Shown piece by piece: positions 14,038 to 27,894 of a stretch of DNA of 64,000 nucleotides. Source of the DNA: Eledone cirrhosa (taxonomy: Eukaryota); the NCBI GenBank assembly GCA_964016885.1, contig OZ024750.1, positions 3,658,001 to 3,722,000 of the forward strand, read 5' to 3'. The notes beneath the pieces were generated by a model. It saw nothing but the letters and a program-made list of their open reading frames with translations, was not told where the DNA came from and searched no databases. The translations under genes and the position numbers were made by a program. Position 1 is the stretch's first letter; the number at the start of each line of letters is the position of its first letter.

Positions 14038-15311
14038 CGTCCTATACCACATGAAATCGCATTAGCAAGATATTCTTGACTGCATCACATTGAAAATTGA
14101 AGTCTTTACTGTAATACTGTAAATATTCCCAATAATTCGTCCTCTAGTAAAGATGCTATAAACATTTGAATTAACAAACCAGTTTTCAGACATTTTCTGC
14201 TAAATCAAAACAGGAGGTTAAGAGTAAATATAATTTACTAAATAACAATTAATTTAAAATACTTTTATAGGAAAACAAGGTTAATTTTCTGTTTGATCTC
14301 TATCACCAAGATACAGCCAAGCTGGCCCAACTTTCATTTCTCTAAAACAACAAATGAATTTTTATTACCAATTTTCTTCACATCTTTCTTTTGTCACCCA
14401 TAAAACCTAACTATAAACCTAGTTTTTTTGTTTTTATATCTTGGTAAGTTGCTGGACTAAATATGAAATTACATGTCATTAAGTCTTTGCTTAGTTATTT
14501 ATTTACTTGCTTATTTATTTGTATTTATTGAAAGCAAGTAAAAAACAAAAAAAACAACAAAAAATGGCTACGATTATTTAACAATTACAATCAGTTAGCA
14601 ATAGTGCCGCCTAAAAACAGTATTTATTTTCATTTGCAGTGTTTCAATTTGTTCAGAGGTAGTAAATTAAATTTTACATACTATCTTGTTCATCTTCCCA
14701 GACAACTGCTAGAGATTGGTATTGTGGTGATGGCGGTGGTGATGGTGGTGGTGGGGGGTAATGATAGTTGCAGTAGATGTAGTGATGGTGGGGAAGGAGG
14801 TGTTAGTCATAATTGCTGTAGAGGTGGTGGAGATGAGAATATAGTGATGGTGATGGTGATGGTGGTGGTGGGGATGAGAATATAGTGGTGGTGATGGTGG
14901 TGGTGATGGTGGGGATGAGAATATAGTGGTGGTGGTGGTGGGGATGAGAATATAGTGGTTGTGATGGTGGCGGTGGTGAGGATGAGAATATGGTGATGAT
15001 GGTGGGGATGAGAATATAGTGGTGGTGGTGGTGGTGGGAGATAGTATTAGTAGTTGTAGTAGTCACAGCAGCTGCCAAAACTTTAAGTGATACAAAAGAT
15101 GAGTTCCTACCTTTTATATAAGCCAGTTCCCAGACATTACAAACATTCCACTTTTCATGTCACATATATCCTCAGCTCCCTACCACCGCAACGTTTAACA
15201 TATTCTTCACACATATCTAATATTTTTTGCTATTTATATCAATGAAACTCAGACAATTTCAAAACTCTAAACTTATTTTGTTTTCTAGTTTTCAACCAAC
15301 TTGAATTCATG

Positions 15312-15391
<80 letters not shown>

Positions 15392-15563
15392 ATATATGTA
15401 TCATCATCATCATCGTTTAACGTCCATATTCCACGCTCGCATGGGTTTGGACAGGAGTTTTCCCACTTGAGGCAAGAGTGGTTGTCTTGCTCGCATAGGA
15501 CTGTCTGGCGGGTTTTCTACGGCTGGATGCCCTTCCTAACACCAACCACGTTTACAGTGTGGA

Positions 15564-15883
<320 letters not shown>

Positions 15884-15892
15884 AACGCAAGT

Positions 15893-16035
15893 TGGCTTCC
15901 CTGACGATTTCCTTCGAATGAAACAGTTCTAGTTCTGTAGAAGCCATTTCTATATTAAATTTTGTTGTATATACTCTACTAATGTATTGAGTACCTTACC
16001 TGCTGTGGTTACCCCCGATTGAACCTGGGACTCAC
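15893..16035 (+). mobile_element. ~140-bp hammerhead-bearing short element (family H1, Penelope-LTR/retrozyme-like)
   Basis: TGGCTTCC-CTGACGA-TTTCCTTCGAAT-GAAA-CAGTTCTAGTTCTG-TA-GAAGCCA followed by tail ...TGTGGTTACCCCCGATTGAACCTGGGA; embedded in (TA)n. Confidence 0.7.
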
Positions 16036-16052
16036 ATATATATATATAAATG

Positions 16053-16128
<76 letters not shown>

Positions 16129-16341
16129 TAGTGAGTTTCAGAAGATCCTGTTAAGGGTGAAAGCAGCGATTCTTTGCTTAAACTTTAATCTGTTATTTTA
16201 ATAAATATTTACTCTATGGTTTTATATATTTGATATATATATTATCCTTAACGAGCCCTCTTTGGATTTTAGTCTTCACATTTATTATTATCACTATATA
16301 TATATCAAAATGAAAATCCGAAGGCAAGGTAAAATTTCCAA

Positions 16342-16430
16342 TCATTTTAATCACGACAAATGTTTCAATAAGAGATAGATCGATTGTGAAGCCATGATCG
16401 ATTATCACTGATCTCGTCAGGTGAAAATGA
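16342..16430 (-). ncRNA. Type I hammerhead ribozyme motif with long stem II
   Basis: Minus strand reads TCATTTTCAC-CTGACGA-(47-nt imperfect hairpin GATCAGTGATAATCGAT...ATCGATCTATCTCTTATT)-GAAA-CATTTG-TC-GTGATTAAAATGA; stem I TCAC/GTGA extended by TCATTTT/AAAATGA; GUC site between 16355 and 16354. Confidence 0.7.
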
Positions 16431-16480
16431 ATTGTCTTCAAAAATGTATTGGACCGTTTTACACAACCAATAATACACCT

Positions 16481-16517
<37 letters not shown>

Positions 16518-17132
16518 ATATCTTCAATTCAGTATTTGTGCCAACCCTTACTTATGGTCATGAATCTTGGGTAATGGTTTGCTTGCTCAAGACTCATCTG
16601 AGCCTAAACTTCAATTTTCTTTTATAGAGATTTTCCAGCTTGTAACATTTGAGATAGTGACTCTTAACTGAAAATGAACACCTGAATGCTAATTAACAGT
16701 GGAGGTATTACTATCAACCATGATAATATGTCATGTACGGTTGTGTATATATAAATGATAATAATAATAATGAAATTATTGTGTACAGTGCTCAGGTGCA
16801 CTACAACCCATCATATATATACATATATTATAAAGTGTGGTAAATAAATATATATATATATACACCAGGTCTGAACACAAAGGAACCAAACTGTCACTGC
16901 CTCTGTCTCTGCTCTCTCCATCTCTCACTATTATAAGCAAATGGGGGCCCATGTGCTGGCCACCCCATAGCCCTGGCAGACAGAATAGAGAAGGCGTTTT
17001 CTAGTGCAGCTCACACATGTGGGTAGCCAACTGTGTACCGATGATGAAGAGTAGGGAGGTGGTCCTGGGGCCAAAGACACAGGAAGACTCCACTGTTTAA
17101 TGTTATGCTGTATTTTACTTCTTTTACATTAT

Positions 17133-17360
17133 TTAACCCTTTAGCATTTACATTACTCTATATATACTATTGTATTGTCACGGTAAAGGCTTTACCTCAC
17201 ATAATATCTCACATAATATCGAATCTATGAGATTTTGATATTGTTTATTTTGAGAACAATACCTTAACATAAGTATAAGTGGCCGATTACAGCCAAATTG
17301 AACAGAAATAGGTGAAAGAATTCTGGCCAGATACAGCTGGTTTAAATGCTAAAGGGTTAA
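17133..17360 (+). mobile_element. piggyBac-like MITE family A
   Basis: TTAA flanks, perfect 14-bp TIR CCCTTTAGCATTTA. Confidence 0.9.
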
Positions 17361-20300
17361 TCTAGCTAATCTGGTAAAGTGAACACTTGTAGAATAAAAT
17401 CTTGATATAAGAGTACATTTTCTTCCAATTATTAATTCAAAAATATTTGATTTAACATTCCTTTGCAAGGGTGTATATATTTTTAGTCTCATGACAAATA
17501 TCTTTATAGAAATTGCTACTTAATATATACACTTGCCCAAACTATACAAAAACGAAATAGTTTTGCATGTCACTTCATAATTGTTCAAGTAAGGTTGCTT
17601 GCAAACCTGTGTTTAACTCAATTATTTTTGTGTGCATTTCAAACAGAGGAATTTGTTGTATCTTTTTAATGGTTTTTCTTTACAGGTGTTGTTTCCTTTA
17701 TTATGGGTTAGCTACTGACTGACTGACTGGATGGCTGGATGGTTGGTTGGTTGGATGGATGGCTAGTTGGTTGGTTGGCTGGTTGGTTGGTTGGTTGGTT
17801 GGCTGGCTGGGTTGATGATTGGATGGTTGGTTGGTTGGCTGGTTGGGTGGGTGGCTGGAGGGCTGGTTGGCTGGCTGTCTGGATGGTTGGCTGGCTGACT
17901 AGTTGACTGCAACATTTCATTTACTATATATCCTCCTCCTCCACCATCTCTCACCCCCCCTCCATCATAAAACTGAAATAATGTCAATTCATTTTAATCT
18001 ACTGATTTGACCAGTTTATTCTAGTTTGTATAATCAATATATTTTTCTCTTGTCCACTAACTTCACACACACACACACTCTCTCTCTCTCTCTCATCTCT
18101 CTCTCACTCACCCTCTCTCCCTCATTTACTCATCTATCCTTCCCCTCTCTCTCTCTCTACCTCCTCAACTTACTACAAATCTTACATTTCTCTTCTTTCA
18201 TCATTACAAGCTATCTTCTAGATACCTACTATACCAATTCTACTCTTTCATTTCCAAATGGCAACACGTCTTATCTTTTTTCTGTAACTCAAGTCACTAT
18301 ACATATGTCTTGTAATTTACAATACACTTTCCACCATATTTGTTTTTTATTTATTTATTTATTGTTTAGTTTTGTATTTTTTTTTTGTGTGTGCAAAGTT
18401 TTCAGATTAGTCTACCTGGCTCCTACCCAAAGTCTTGTACAATTTATAGATATTGTATTTAATGAGGTTGAGGTGACGATTGCTGTTTTTGCATCTAACA
18501 TTTACAGTCTCTTACTCTTTTACTCTTTTACCTGTTCCAGCCATTCGACTGAGGCCATCTGTGACTTTTTGCACCTGCTTGTACCACTAGTGCAAGAAGG
18601 ATTTATTTCCAAGCCAAGCTTTGTAGGCCTCCTTTTTTACTCGGATGACATCTTTGACCACTTGATTGAACCAAGGTGTCCTCTTGCCATCCAGCTCCAC
18701 ACCACATAAAGCTTATCCTCTTTCTGCATATTCTGAGTCTGGTGTTCTTCTAAAGAATCTAATACATGTTTTAGTCCTTGTTTGTGGTTATTGATCAATT
18801 TGGCCCCTCATGTAGTAATATTTCTCTAGCTTTCTCAATAATCTAATACATCTTTTACTCTATGTGGGTGGTTATTGACCAATTTGGCGCCACATGTAGT
18901 TATTTTTCTCTAGCTTCCTAAAGAAACAATACTTGTAAAGAAATGTTTATATTTTAAATTAAAACTCAACGAGAGAGCTGAATACAAAAATGAACAGAAT
19001 ATGGTTTATATTCTCGAATATAAACCAAGGAATATGTGACCAAAATATTGATGGTAGAATGGTAGGTTGGCTTATATAGACCATCGAATGTCTTGATGCA
19101 CTATACATGCACCTTTGATGAGTTGTAGTGCACCTGAGCATTGTACACAATCATTTCATTATTATTATTATTATTATTATTATTAGCTGCCTCAGTTTAT
19201 AAATGGGGTTTTGATTTTCACCTATTTCTCAGGCATAAAATAAAGGGCTGGCTTATATTCAGATTGACTTATATTTAAGTATATGCTATAATATTTGGAT
19301 ATGTCAATACAGTGTTTTTAATCTATCGTACTTGTAAAATAGATATTTGGTAAAGCCATAGCATTATATACATATATGTGTAGAATGCAATTTTGGAGCA
19401 CCAATACACATTTTTTATAATATAAAAGTTTTCTCATAATGTCAATTATATCTTCAACAAAACTTTATTATAGAGAGGAAATGTCTTATTTTTGGTAAAA
19501 ATCAATATTTTTAAAACAAATTCTATCATTAATTATCAGTAAAATAATTACAGCCTTTTACTGAAAACTGCTTTTAATATCTAAAATTTGATTACTAGAG
19601 CAACTAACTTTATAATAATAATCTACCTGCTGTTTCTTATGGTAGGAAATAGATCTGACTGGCAAACAGTCAAGTCGGATGTTAGCAGTAGCTCTTCATT
19701 AAATATCACTTCACTTTGGTCTGACTTCAAACTTCCAAAATGGTAAAATCCTTACTTTGTTCACATTTACAACAGTAGAACTATTGTATTTATGGCTTAC
19801 TGCACTTAGCCAAAAAAAAAAAAAAATTCTTTCCTTCAAGGTTAATATATTCTAAAGCATCTGAAAATATCTATATATCTATTGAACTATATTTTGAATA
19901 TATATTTAGGCTTATATATTTGCATATAAATGTCTGTTTTGATTTAAGAAGATTGATTGTGGAAATATCTGGCTATGGTTAGTCAGATTTGCTGTTTATA
20001 AATAATTTATTTGTATAAAGAGAAAACTAATTTTTGAAAAAGAACTTTATTTTTAATTCTATAAAAGCTAATAATATAATTTTAGTACAATGTTTATCAT
20101 AAGATTTTGGTGAAAGTGAATTCTGTTTCCAACATTTCTTTTCTCCTTCAGGTGAAATCCTGACATTTGTATAAGAAATTACTTGACTTTTGTTGAAATT
20201 ATAGAAGTTTAAAACTCTATATGAAAAGGAGCAAAGTTGAGCCAGCATATGCTACATCATCATCTTTTAACGTCCATCTTCCACGCTAGCATGGGTAGGA

Positions 20301-22015
20301 CGGGCTGTCCTTTGTGAGAGATCAGGTTGGGGGACCGTGATTCTCTCACACAGAACTGATTTTGGCTTGGTTTCTATGGCTGGATGCCCTTCCTAATGCC
20401 AACCACATTTACAGTGTGTGCTGGGTGCTTTTTGCTATGTCGCCAACTTGACCACTTTACAGTGTGGACTGGGTGCTTTTTTTTGTGACACCTACATGAC
20501 CACTTTACATCTACAAATTTTCCAAATGTAACTCTTAATGTCCTGTACCACATGAAACCACATTAGCAAGATAATCTTGAAGAATACAAAACAACACTAT
20601 GACTGCATCACATTACATTAGTTTTACTGCAAATTTTTCAACAATCTGTCCACTAATTAACAAAGATATTTTATAAGCATTTGAACTAACAAACCCGATA
20701 TTCTGATATTTTCTGCTCAATAATAACAATATGAAGAGTTAACTAAAGATATATGCAGTCATTGCCAGAAACGATGTAGTAGCTAATCCATGTTTAATGA
20801 AAGGTTGTTTGACTCTATTACTGATGTGGTTAGTATATTGTGATTGGGTCTCAATACAACCCATCAAACTAGCTGTCAATTTACAAATAGAATAACTGAT
20901 AAATTATTCTCTCTTTTATTTTCTTGCTCTGCTGCTGTCAGTTGGGGAAGTTCCATACACTCATTAGCATCATCATCATCGTCATCATCCTTGTCATCAT
21001 CATTATCATCATCATCATCATCCTTGTCATCATTCAACTGCAGTAGTAGATAGTCATTATCCACCCCCACCTATTAGCCCTGTATTGTTATCATCATCAT
21101 CACCATCATCATCATTTGACTGCAGTTTCAGATAATTCCCCTCTACCCATTGCAACATGACCAGTTGTGGTCCATGGTTGGGTGGTTAGCCCTGTATCAT
21201 CATTATCATCATCATTATCATCATCATTGTCATCATTCAACGTCAATCTGATAATAATGGTTTCTGATTTAGGCACAAAACCAACAATTTTGAAGGCGGG
21301 GAAAAGTCGATTAAATCGACCTCAGTGCATTACTGGTACTTTATTTTATAGACCTCCTAAGGATGAAAGGCAAAGCTATCCTTGACAGGATTTGAACTCA
21401 GATCGTAAAGGGGCGTAACTCTATGCCATAAAGCATGTTGTCTGATGCTCTACCAATTCTGCCAATCCACTGCCCTTACCAATCTAATAAGAATGAAAGA
21501 TACAGTTGAAGTGAGAAGATAAAGGGAAGAAACTAAATACTTCAAGACATTCTCTTACTTCCGATTCTGTCAATCCTCCACCCACACTAGTAATAATAAT
21601 CATTTCTAGTTTAGGCACAAAACCAGAAGTTTAGAGGGGGGATTAGTCAGTTTAAATAAATTCCAGTATTTAACTGATACCTTATTTTATCAACCTCCAG
21701 GAAGGCTGTCAGGCAAAGTTGATCTTGGCAGGATTTGAACTCTGAATGTAGAGTCAGGACAAATACCGCTGTAAGATTTTATCCAACACTTTACCAATTC
21801 TAAATATTGAAAAGAATTTTATTTGATTCTCTTACAAATCTGCCAATTCACTGCCCACACTTTAGTGATAGTAAAATAGATACTACAGCAACTAAAACTG
21901 GAGGTGTGTCAGATAAAGTGTGTTGAAAAGACTAAATTCTTTACATAACAGTTTGTTGGCTCATGGTCTGGTCTTCAGTTTTAAATCTGCCACTGCATCT
22001 TTCTCTAACTGCTAC

Positions 22016-22251
22016 TTAACTCTTAACATCCTGTACTGCATGAATCCACATTAGCAAATTAGCAAAGACATTCTTGACAAAGTATAAAACAACACTGTGA
22101 CTGCATCACATTATAAATTAATGTCCTTACTATATTATTACAAATTTCCCAACAATCTCTCAACTACTAAAGATACTACAAACATTTTAATTAACAAACC
22201 CATTTTTTAGATATTTTTTGCTAAACCACATTACGGGATGTTAAGAGTTAA
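22016..22251 (+). mobile_element. TTAA-flanked MITE family B
   Basis: TTAA-CTCTTAACATCCTGTA...TACGGGATGTTAAGAG-TTAA; other copies at 14026-14228, 20530-20743 and partial at 1054-1120. Confidence 0.8.
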
Positions 22252-23194
22252 AATAATTTTTCATTTTCAGAAGTTTGGCAGAATGAAGGATATCAGATTT
22301 TCGTCTAAGAATAAAGTTAGCAATTCCTGAAATATATACAATATATGTGTATAGTTTCCGTCTACCAGTTTTGCTCACAAGATATTGTTTGTAATAATTA
22401 CTAGAAAGGACTCTCTTTGGGGGGGAGAAAGCAGTTTTATGTTTTGTTTTGTTTGCTAAGAAGAAGCAACTGGAGTTACAGTTTACTCGAAGCCATTTAA
22501 AACTATTTCTACTATAATATCCATGAAATATTTTACCATTTATAACTGACTGTGTTAATGGCACTTATTTTGTTGCCCTTCCTTCTTTTAGTAACATAAA
22601 AATCTAAATAGAATCTGACAAGACACAACTTTGAAACTAACCTGTATATTTAGGAAATGTGTTAACTAAATCATTACCCTGACCATAATAACATTTAAAT
22701 GCAGATGTAGAAACATGAAGGTCAGGTCAGGCTTCTGTCTGCTACTGGTACAATGTAACCCAGTACAACCTGCTTCATTGTCAAGTGTTCAGCAACAAAA
22801 CTGCCACCACCACCAGACCCTGGTCTGGTTAGGAGGGTGAGTGAAACCCCCGGCAGCACAAAAACCAAGAGCTGTTAAAAAGGTGGATGAACTCATCAGA
22901 GTCAACGGCCATCCAGCCCAACAATGGGTTAAATAACCTCACTAACCTACAATTAGCCAAGTGGGGTGAGTACAGCTACACCCCTGAGGATATGACCAAA
23001 GCCAAAACGATGGAGGTCAATCAGGGAGGGGTTTCCTTTAACAGGAATGAGAAGACCCTGGATTGGATTGGATAAAAACATGGATAATGGAGATAGCAGT
23101 CTTTTTACAGTGTTTACTTACAATTTTTTGTTAATTTTATAACTCATTGTCCTACAAAAACTTACCTTTCTATTTCTCTTTTGTTTATTTCAAG

Positions 23195-26100
23195 GTGTGG
23201 CTCTTGTTTTGAAATATGTAATCAAAGGTTTGAAAGTTGCCAAAGCTGAGTTTGATAGTGACGGCAATGCCACAGGTCAGTTACGAGAATTATTGGATTA
23301 TCTGGAAGCTGTTGATACTTTAAAACATTCGACAGATGACCAACAAGTGGCACGTCTTGTTGAACAACATCAGTTATTTTATGAACATATACCAAGTGTA
23401 CATCTCAACTCTTCTGAGGTAAGACTAGCAATCATCATCACCTTCTCCTCCTCTTCTTCCTAAACACTACCAAGCTTTGATAATTCATAAGGGTTATTTT
23501 TTGAATCTATATGTATATATAGAAAGTATGCCAAAATCTGTAACATTTAAGAGCAGTGTGATCCCTGACCTATCTATGAACGCAGTAACTCCAAATTCGA
23601 ACTGACTGGGACCTTAACAATTATGTTACTATGGTTTAGTACAGGCATGGAACCCTTTTTTAGCAGTGGGCCACATAGGACATAGCTCATCAGAAGGCCA
23701 GTCACACTACTAAAAAGAAGCTCGGTAACCTCACTGTTATCTTTGAAATATTTGTAAATACGATGCTTTATTTTTTTCATATTTGATATCTACTATTTGG
23801 TTGTTTCTTTCCCTAGAAGCGTTTGTCAATATGGCGCCCGAATGACTTCCTCGGGAGTTATAAGTCCGTACATTCATACATCACAGTTTGGATTTATCCC
23901 ATCTGGTTCTTCTATTTTTTTTTTTTACTTCTTGTATTTTCAGGTATGGAATACTCTTGCATATAGACTGCCTCTCCCTATGTTGTTACAAAATATTTCC
24001 AAGATCGCAAGCCAGGGTTTATTAGAAGCAACTAATGACACATCTAAACACATTATTGAGCGACTAAAGAATACCGATGAAATCCTTTCAAGCAAGTAAG
24101 TTCCGAATAAAACTGGATATCTTAGAGTCATATTCAAAACATTTCTTTTTTCTGTTTGTTTTGTTGTGCTTTTCATCATGGCACCAGCAGTACCACTTTA
24201 CACAGTGAACAGGGTGCTTTTTGTCATGGCACCAGCAGTACCACCTTACAGGGTGGACTGAGTGCTTTTTGTTGTGGCACCAACACTACAACTTTACAGG
24301 TTTGACTGGGTGCTTTAAAAACATTTCCATTTTTTAAAGATTTATTAACAATGTCTGTCATGTTTTTGTCTTTTGGCAGGATACACCCTTACTCAGTACT
24401 TATTGCTATTCGCACATATGAACAAGGCAAAGGTCTACGGCGCAAATGGAATCGTATCCCTGAAGTTGTAGAAGCCCTTAACTTTACACTAAACACCGCT
24501 ATTCAGGTGAGATATATTTTTAATTACTTTGGCAAGCCTGCACTATATACATATGAGCATCTCTATAAATATCATTTGTAAAATCTATAAATAAGTTATC
24601 ATCTTATCTGCCTCAGTGACGAGTAAATAAATGTCACTTTGTAAATGTGCATGAACGATGAAGCCTTAACAAGAGACAAACTAGATATAAAGGGAATTAG
24701 ATGTAGTGTGCAAGATAGAAAACTGCACCAGTGTGGGCATGTGATGTATATGGATGATGATCTGTAGAGGAAGCAGTGCCAGGAGGTACTAGTGAATGGT
24801 AGCTGTAGTAGAAGGAGACCAAAGAAGACCTGGATAGAGGTGATGAGAGCTGATCTCAAAAGACTGAACCTCACAGAAGTGATGACAAAGGAGCACAATG
24901 AGTGGAGGCAGGCTGTCCTGGAGAAAACCTGTCCAACCTACTATGCAAGCATGGAAAAATAGATGGAAAATGATGGTGAAATTTTAAACCATAGAACTTA
25001 TATAAAGATGGATAACTCTTCAATGTTTTTCTGAAGCAATTGTCCTATATTAAAAAGGAACATTTTTTGCAAATAAATCATTTAGAAAAATAACTTGGTA
25101 AATCTTGATAAATATTTATATGTTATGACAATTATATATTTTTTAAATTTATGTATATATGTAGACTCTTGCACACAAATACATGCTTTAATGTATGTAT
25201 AATGGAAAAAGATGTGTATCAGCACACATGGGTTTGGGAAAAAGATGTGTATCAGCACACATGGGTTTGCTGGTACCCTTCTTTATATGCCCCATTATTT
25301 AGACTATTTTATTTAGTCAAATGTTACAGTGAAGCTTCCTATTTTTTATTTCAATTTTCAATAATTTTAGTAATTCTTTCAGAATGTTTCACTAATGAAT
25401 TGGTAATGAAATGACTATAATATGATTATATTTTTTATATTTATTTCTCAACAGAATGTGCCTAGCACTGGTAAACGGTTTCTGGTTGCTGTGAAGACAG
25501 ATGACAATGTATTCCGCAGTGCAGTCCGAGGAGCACCGGTCATCTCTACAAAGCTGGCTGCTGCCCTAATGTCAATGGTTATTGCACACAGAGAAGATGA
25601 CTTTCAACTGCTACTTTTGTTACCAGCTGTTGCACTTAACTTAAAACTCACACCAAATATGCAACTCTCGGAAATTTGTGATCTGATTTGCAGTTTCCCG
25701 GTCAGTTCCTTAGATTTCTTCTTCCTCTTCTTCTTCTTCACTTGTTCATTGTTTTCTCCTATTTATATTAACCCTTTAGCATTTACATTACTCTATATTT
25801 ACTATTGTATTTTTGCAGTAAAGGCTTTTTCTTACATAATATCTCACATAATATTGAATCGTTGAGATTTTGTATTATTTATTTTGAGAACAATACCTTA
25901 ACATGAGTATGGGTGGCTAGTTACAGCCAGTTTGAACAGAAAAAGGTGAGAGAATTCTGGCCGGATATGGCCTGTTTAAATGCTAATGGGTTAAATCATC
26001 ATCATCATTAACATCGTTATCATCATCATTAAATTGATTGTAATCATCATCATCATCATCAGCATCATCACCCTTTAATGTCTATTTTCCATGCTTACAT

Positions 26101-27894
26101 GGGTTAGACAGGTTGTCAGGTACTGAGACCAGACAAGATCAGGTGACCACTTCTTACCTGTATATGCTGCTTTTGGCCTGACTTATACCACTGGATGCCC
26201 TTCCTAATGTCAACCACTTTACAGTGTATACTAAGAGAATTTTATCATGGTACCACCACTACCACCTCACAGGATGGATTGGGTTCTTCTCACCATGGTA
26301 CCAGCACTACCTCTTTACAGGTTGGACTGGGTGCTTTTTGTTGTGGTACCAGCACTAGCATTTTACAAGATGAACTTGGCACCAGCACTACCAATACAGG
26401 GTGCACTGGGTGCTTTTTATTGTGGTACAAGCAGGATGAGTTTCTAAACTATATCTGATTGTTGCTTCTCTCTATTTTCAGCTGTTACACAATGCTAGAG
26501 ATCTGTCTCTGCCAGTCAAGTGGGCCATTGCTAAAAAGTCCCTTATTGATGTATTTCTTGTGATTACTGATTGTCGAGAATGTATCAGTGATATTTCTCC
26601 AGGAGAAGCTATGAAACTCTACAGAACCAAAATGGACATGCCTAATGCAAAGTAATATTTTTTTCTTTATCAATTATATTATATTTATTATATTGTGTAT
26701 GGAGGCACATGGCTTAGTGGTTAAAGCATTGGCCTTGCAATCGAAAGGTTGTGAGTTCAATTCTCAGACCGGGTGATGTGTTGTCCTTGAGCAAGACACT
26801 TTATTTCACATTGCTCCAGTTTACTCAGCTGTAGAAATGAGATGATAGGGACTGGGGTCCATATCATTCCACTGCAAAGTGGCTGTGGAGGTGCCACGGC
26901 AAAAAAGCACCCAGCACTCACTGTAAATGAGGTTGGTGTTAGGAAGGGCATCCAGCTGTAGAAATCAAGCCAGAATCAGTTCCTGTCCCACCCTTGCAAG
27001 CAGAGAAAAGCGGACGTAAAATGAAATGAATGAAAATGAAATGAATATTGTGTATTATATATATACTAGCAGGGAAAGTGGATGTTAAATGAAAATGAGG
27101 ATGATAATGATGATATATCATCATTGTTATTAACATCAGTATTTAATTTCATACAACTTGCTCATACGTTCCATTTTGGCATGGAACCTGCATCTTGATC
27201 TTTGTCCACTTATTTTTGAGAGGGTCATGGGAGAGGGAGTTCTCAAACACTCCTTCCAATGAGTCCTGTCAGAAGCATCCATCTCCAAGTGATCTGGCTG
27301 GATCCTCTATCATTATTGGTGAAGATCTTTAACTGCATTGCATTGCTCATTGAAAGAAAAAAGTGGTAATTTGGAGGTGTGGGTAGGACAATACCTCCCT
27401 AGCTCCAGCAGCTTCTCACAGGTCATCCTTAACCCTTTACCATTTACATTACTCTATATTTACTAACTGTTGCAGTAAAGGCTTTATCTCACATAATATT
27501 GAATCTATGAGATTTTGATATTATTTATTTTGAGAACAATACCTTAACATCAGTATGGGTGGCCAGTTTGAACAGAAAGAGGTGAGAGGATTCTGGCCAG
27601 ATACAGCCAGTTTAAATGCTAAAGGGTTAATGTATGTAGCCAAGCATTATCATGAACAGGGGGAACTTTTTGTCCAACCCAATATATTTATTTAGAACAC
27701 TTGATGCTAATTGTTTTAATTTCTATCAGTTTGATTGACTTCAATGTTTATTTCGTTTCAGATATATTAACTGTGCTATATCCACCAATAGGTTAAGATT
27801 TGCTGACCCCTCTGATAGTGGCATGTTAGATATTGCTGGCTTTGATGAGAATGCACCACGTGTCATCCATGATTTTATTTTAGGAAATCTCTGA
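23195..27894 (+). CDS. RO60: Ro60/TROVE2-like RNA-binding protein, C-terminal ~340 aa (partial; TROVE C-terminal half + vWA domain)
   Basis: Exons 23195-23418, 23944-24095, 24380-24506, 25455-25700, 26482-26651, 27762-27894 (TGA); all GT-AG and phase-consistent. Translation GVALVLKYVIKG...YLEAVD...EHIPSVHLNSSEVWNTL...IHPYSVLIA...VPSTGKRFLVAV...DLSLPVKWA...DVFLVITD...FADPSDSGMLDIAGFD is colinear with human Ro60 as recalled (GLAIVTKYITKG...IHPFHILIA...TGKRFLLAV...ADPDDRGMLDMCGFD). N-terminal ~190 aa not located. Confidence 0.9.
25768..25994 (+). mobile_element. piggyBac-like MITE family A (Ro60-like intron)
   Basis: TTAA flanks and TIRs. Confidence 0.85.
26699..27035 (+). mobile_element. tRNA-derived SINE family 1 (full length, LINE-like tail ending in ATGA-type repeats)
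   Basis: A box TGGCTTAGTGG, B box GAGTTCAATTC, central CCTTGAGCAAGACACTTTATTTCAC; closely similar copies at 5640-5977 and 3345-3635; heads on minus strand at 30283-30434, 37330-37490, 40720-40967, 42465-42575. Confidence 0.85.
27429..27630 (+). mobile_element. piggyBac-like MITE family A (Ro60-like last intron)
   Basis: TTAA flanks and TIRs. Confidence 0.85.

Noticed and set aside
18026-18709. 227-aa ORF
   Set aside because: Low-complexity sequence and repeat/LINE remnants; no coherent domain.
19646-19742. Possible exon (NRSDWQTVKSDV...KLPK) between AG and GT
   Set aside because: No resemblance to the Ro60 N-terminus and weak splice context; cannot be supported.
26701-26775. tRNA gene
   Set aside because: A/B boxes belong to SINE heads; poor cloverleaf and followed by SINE body.
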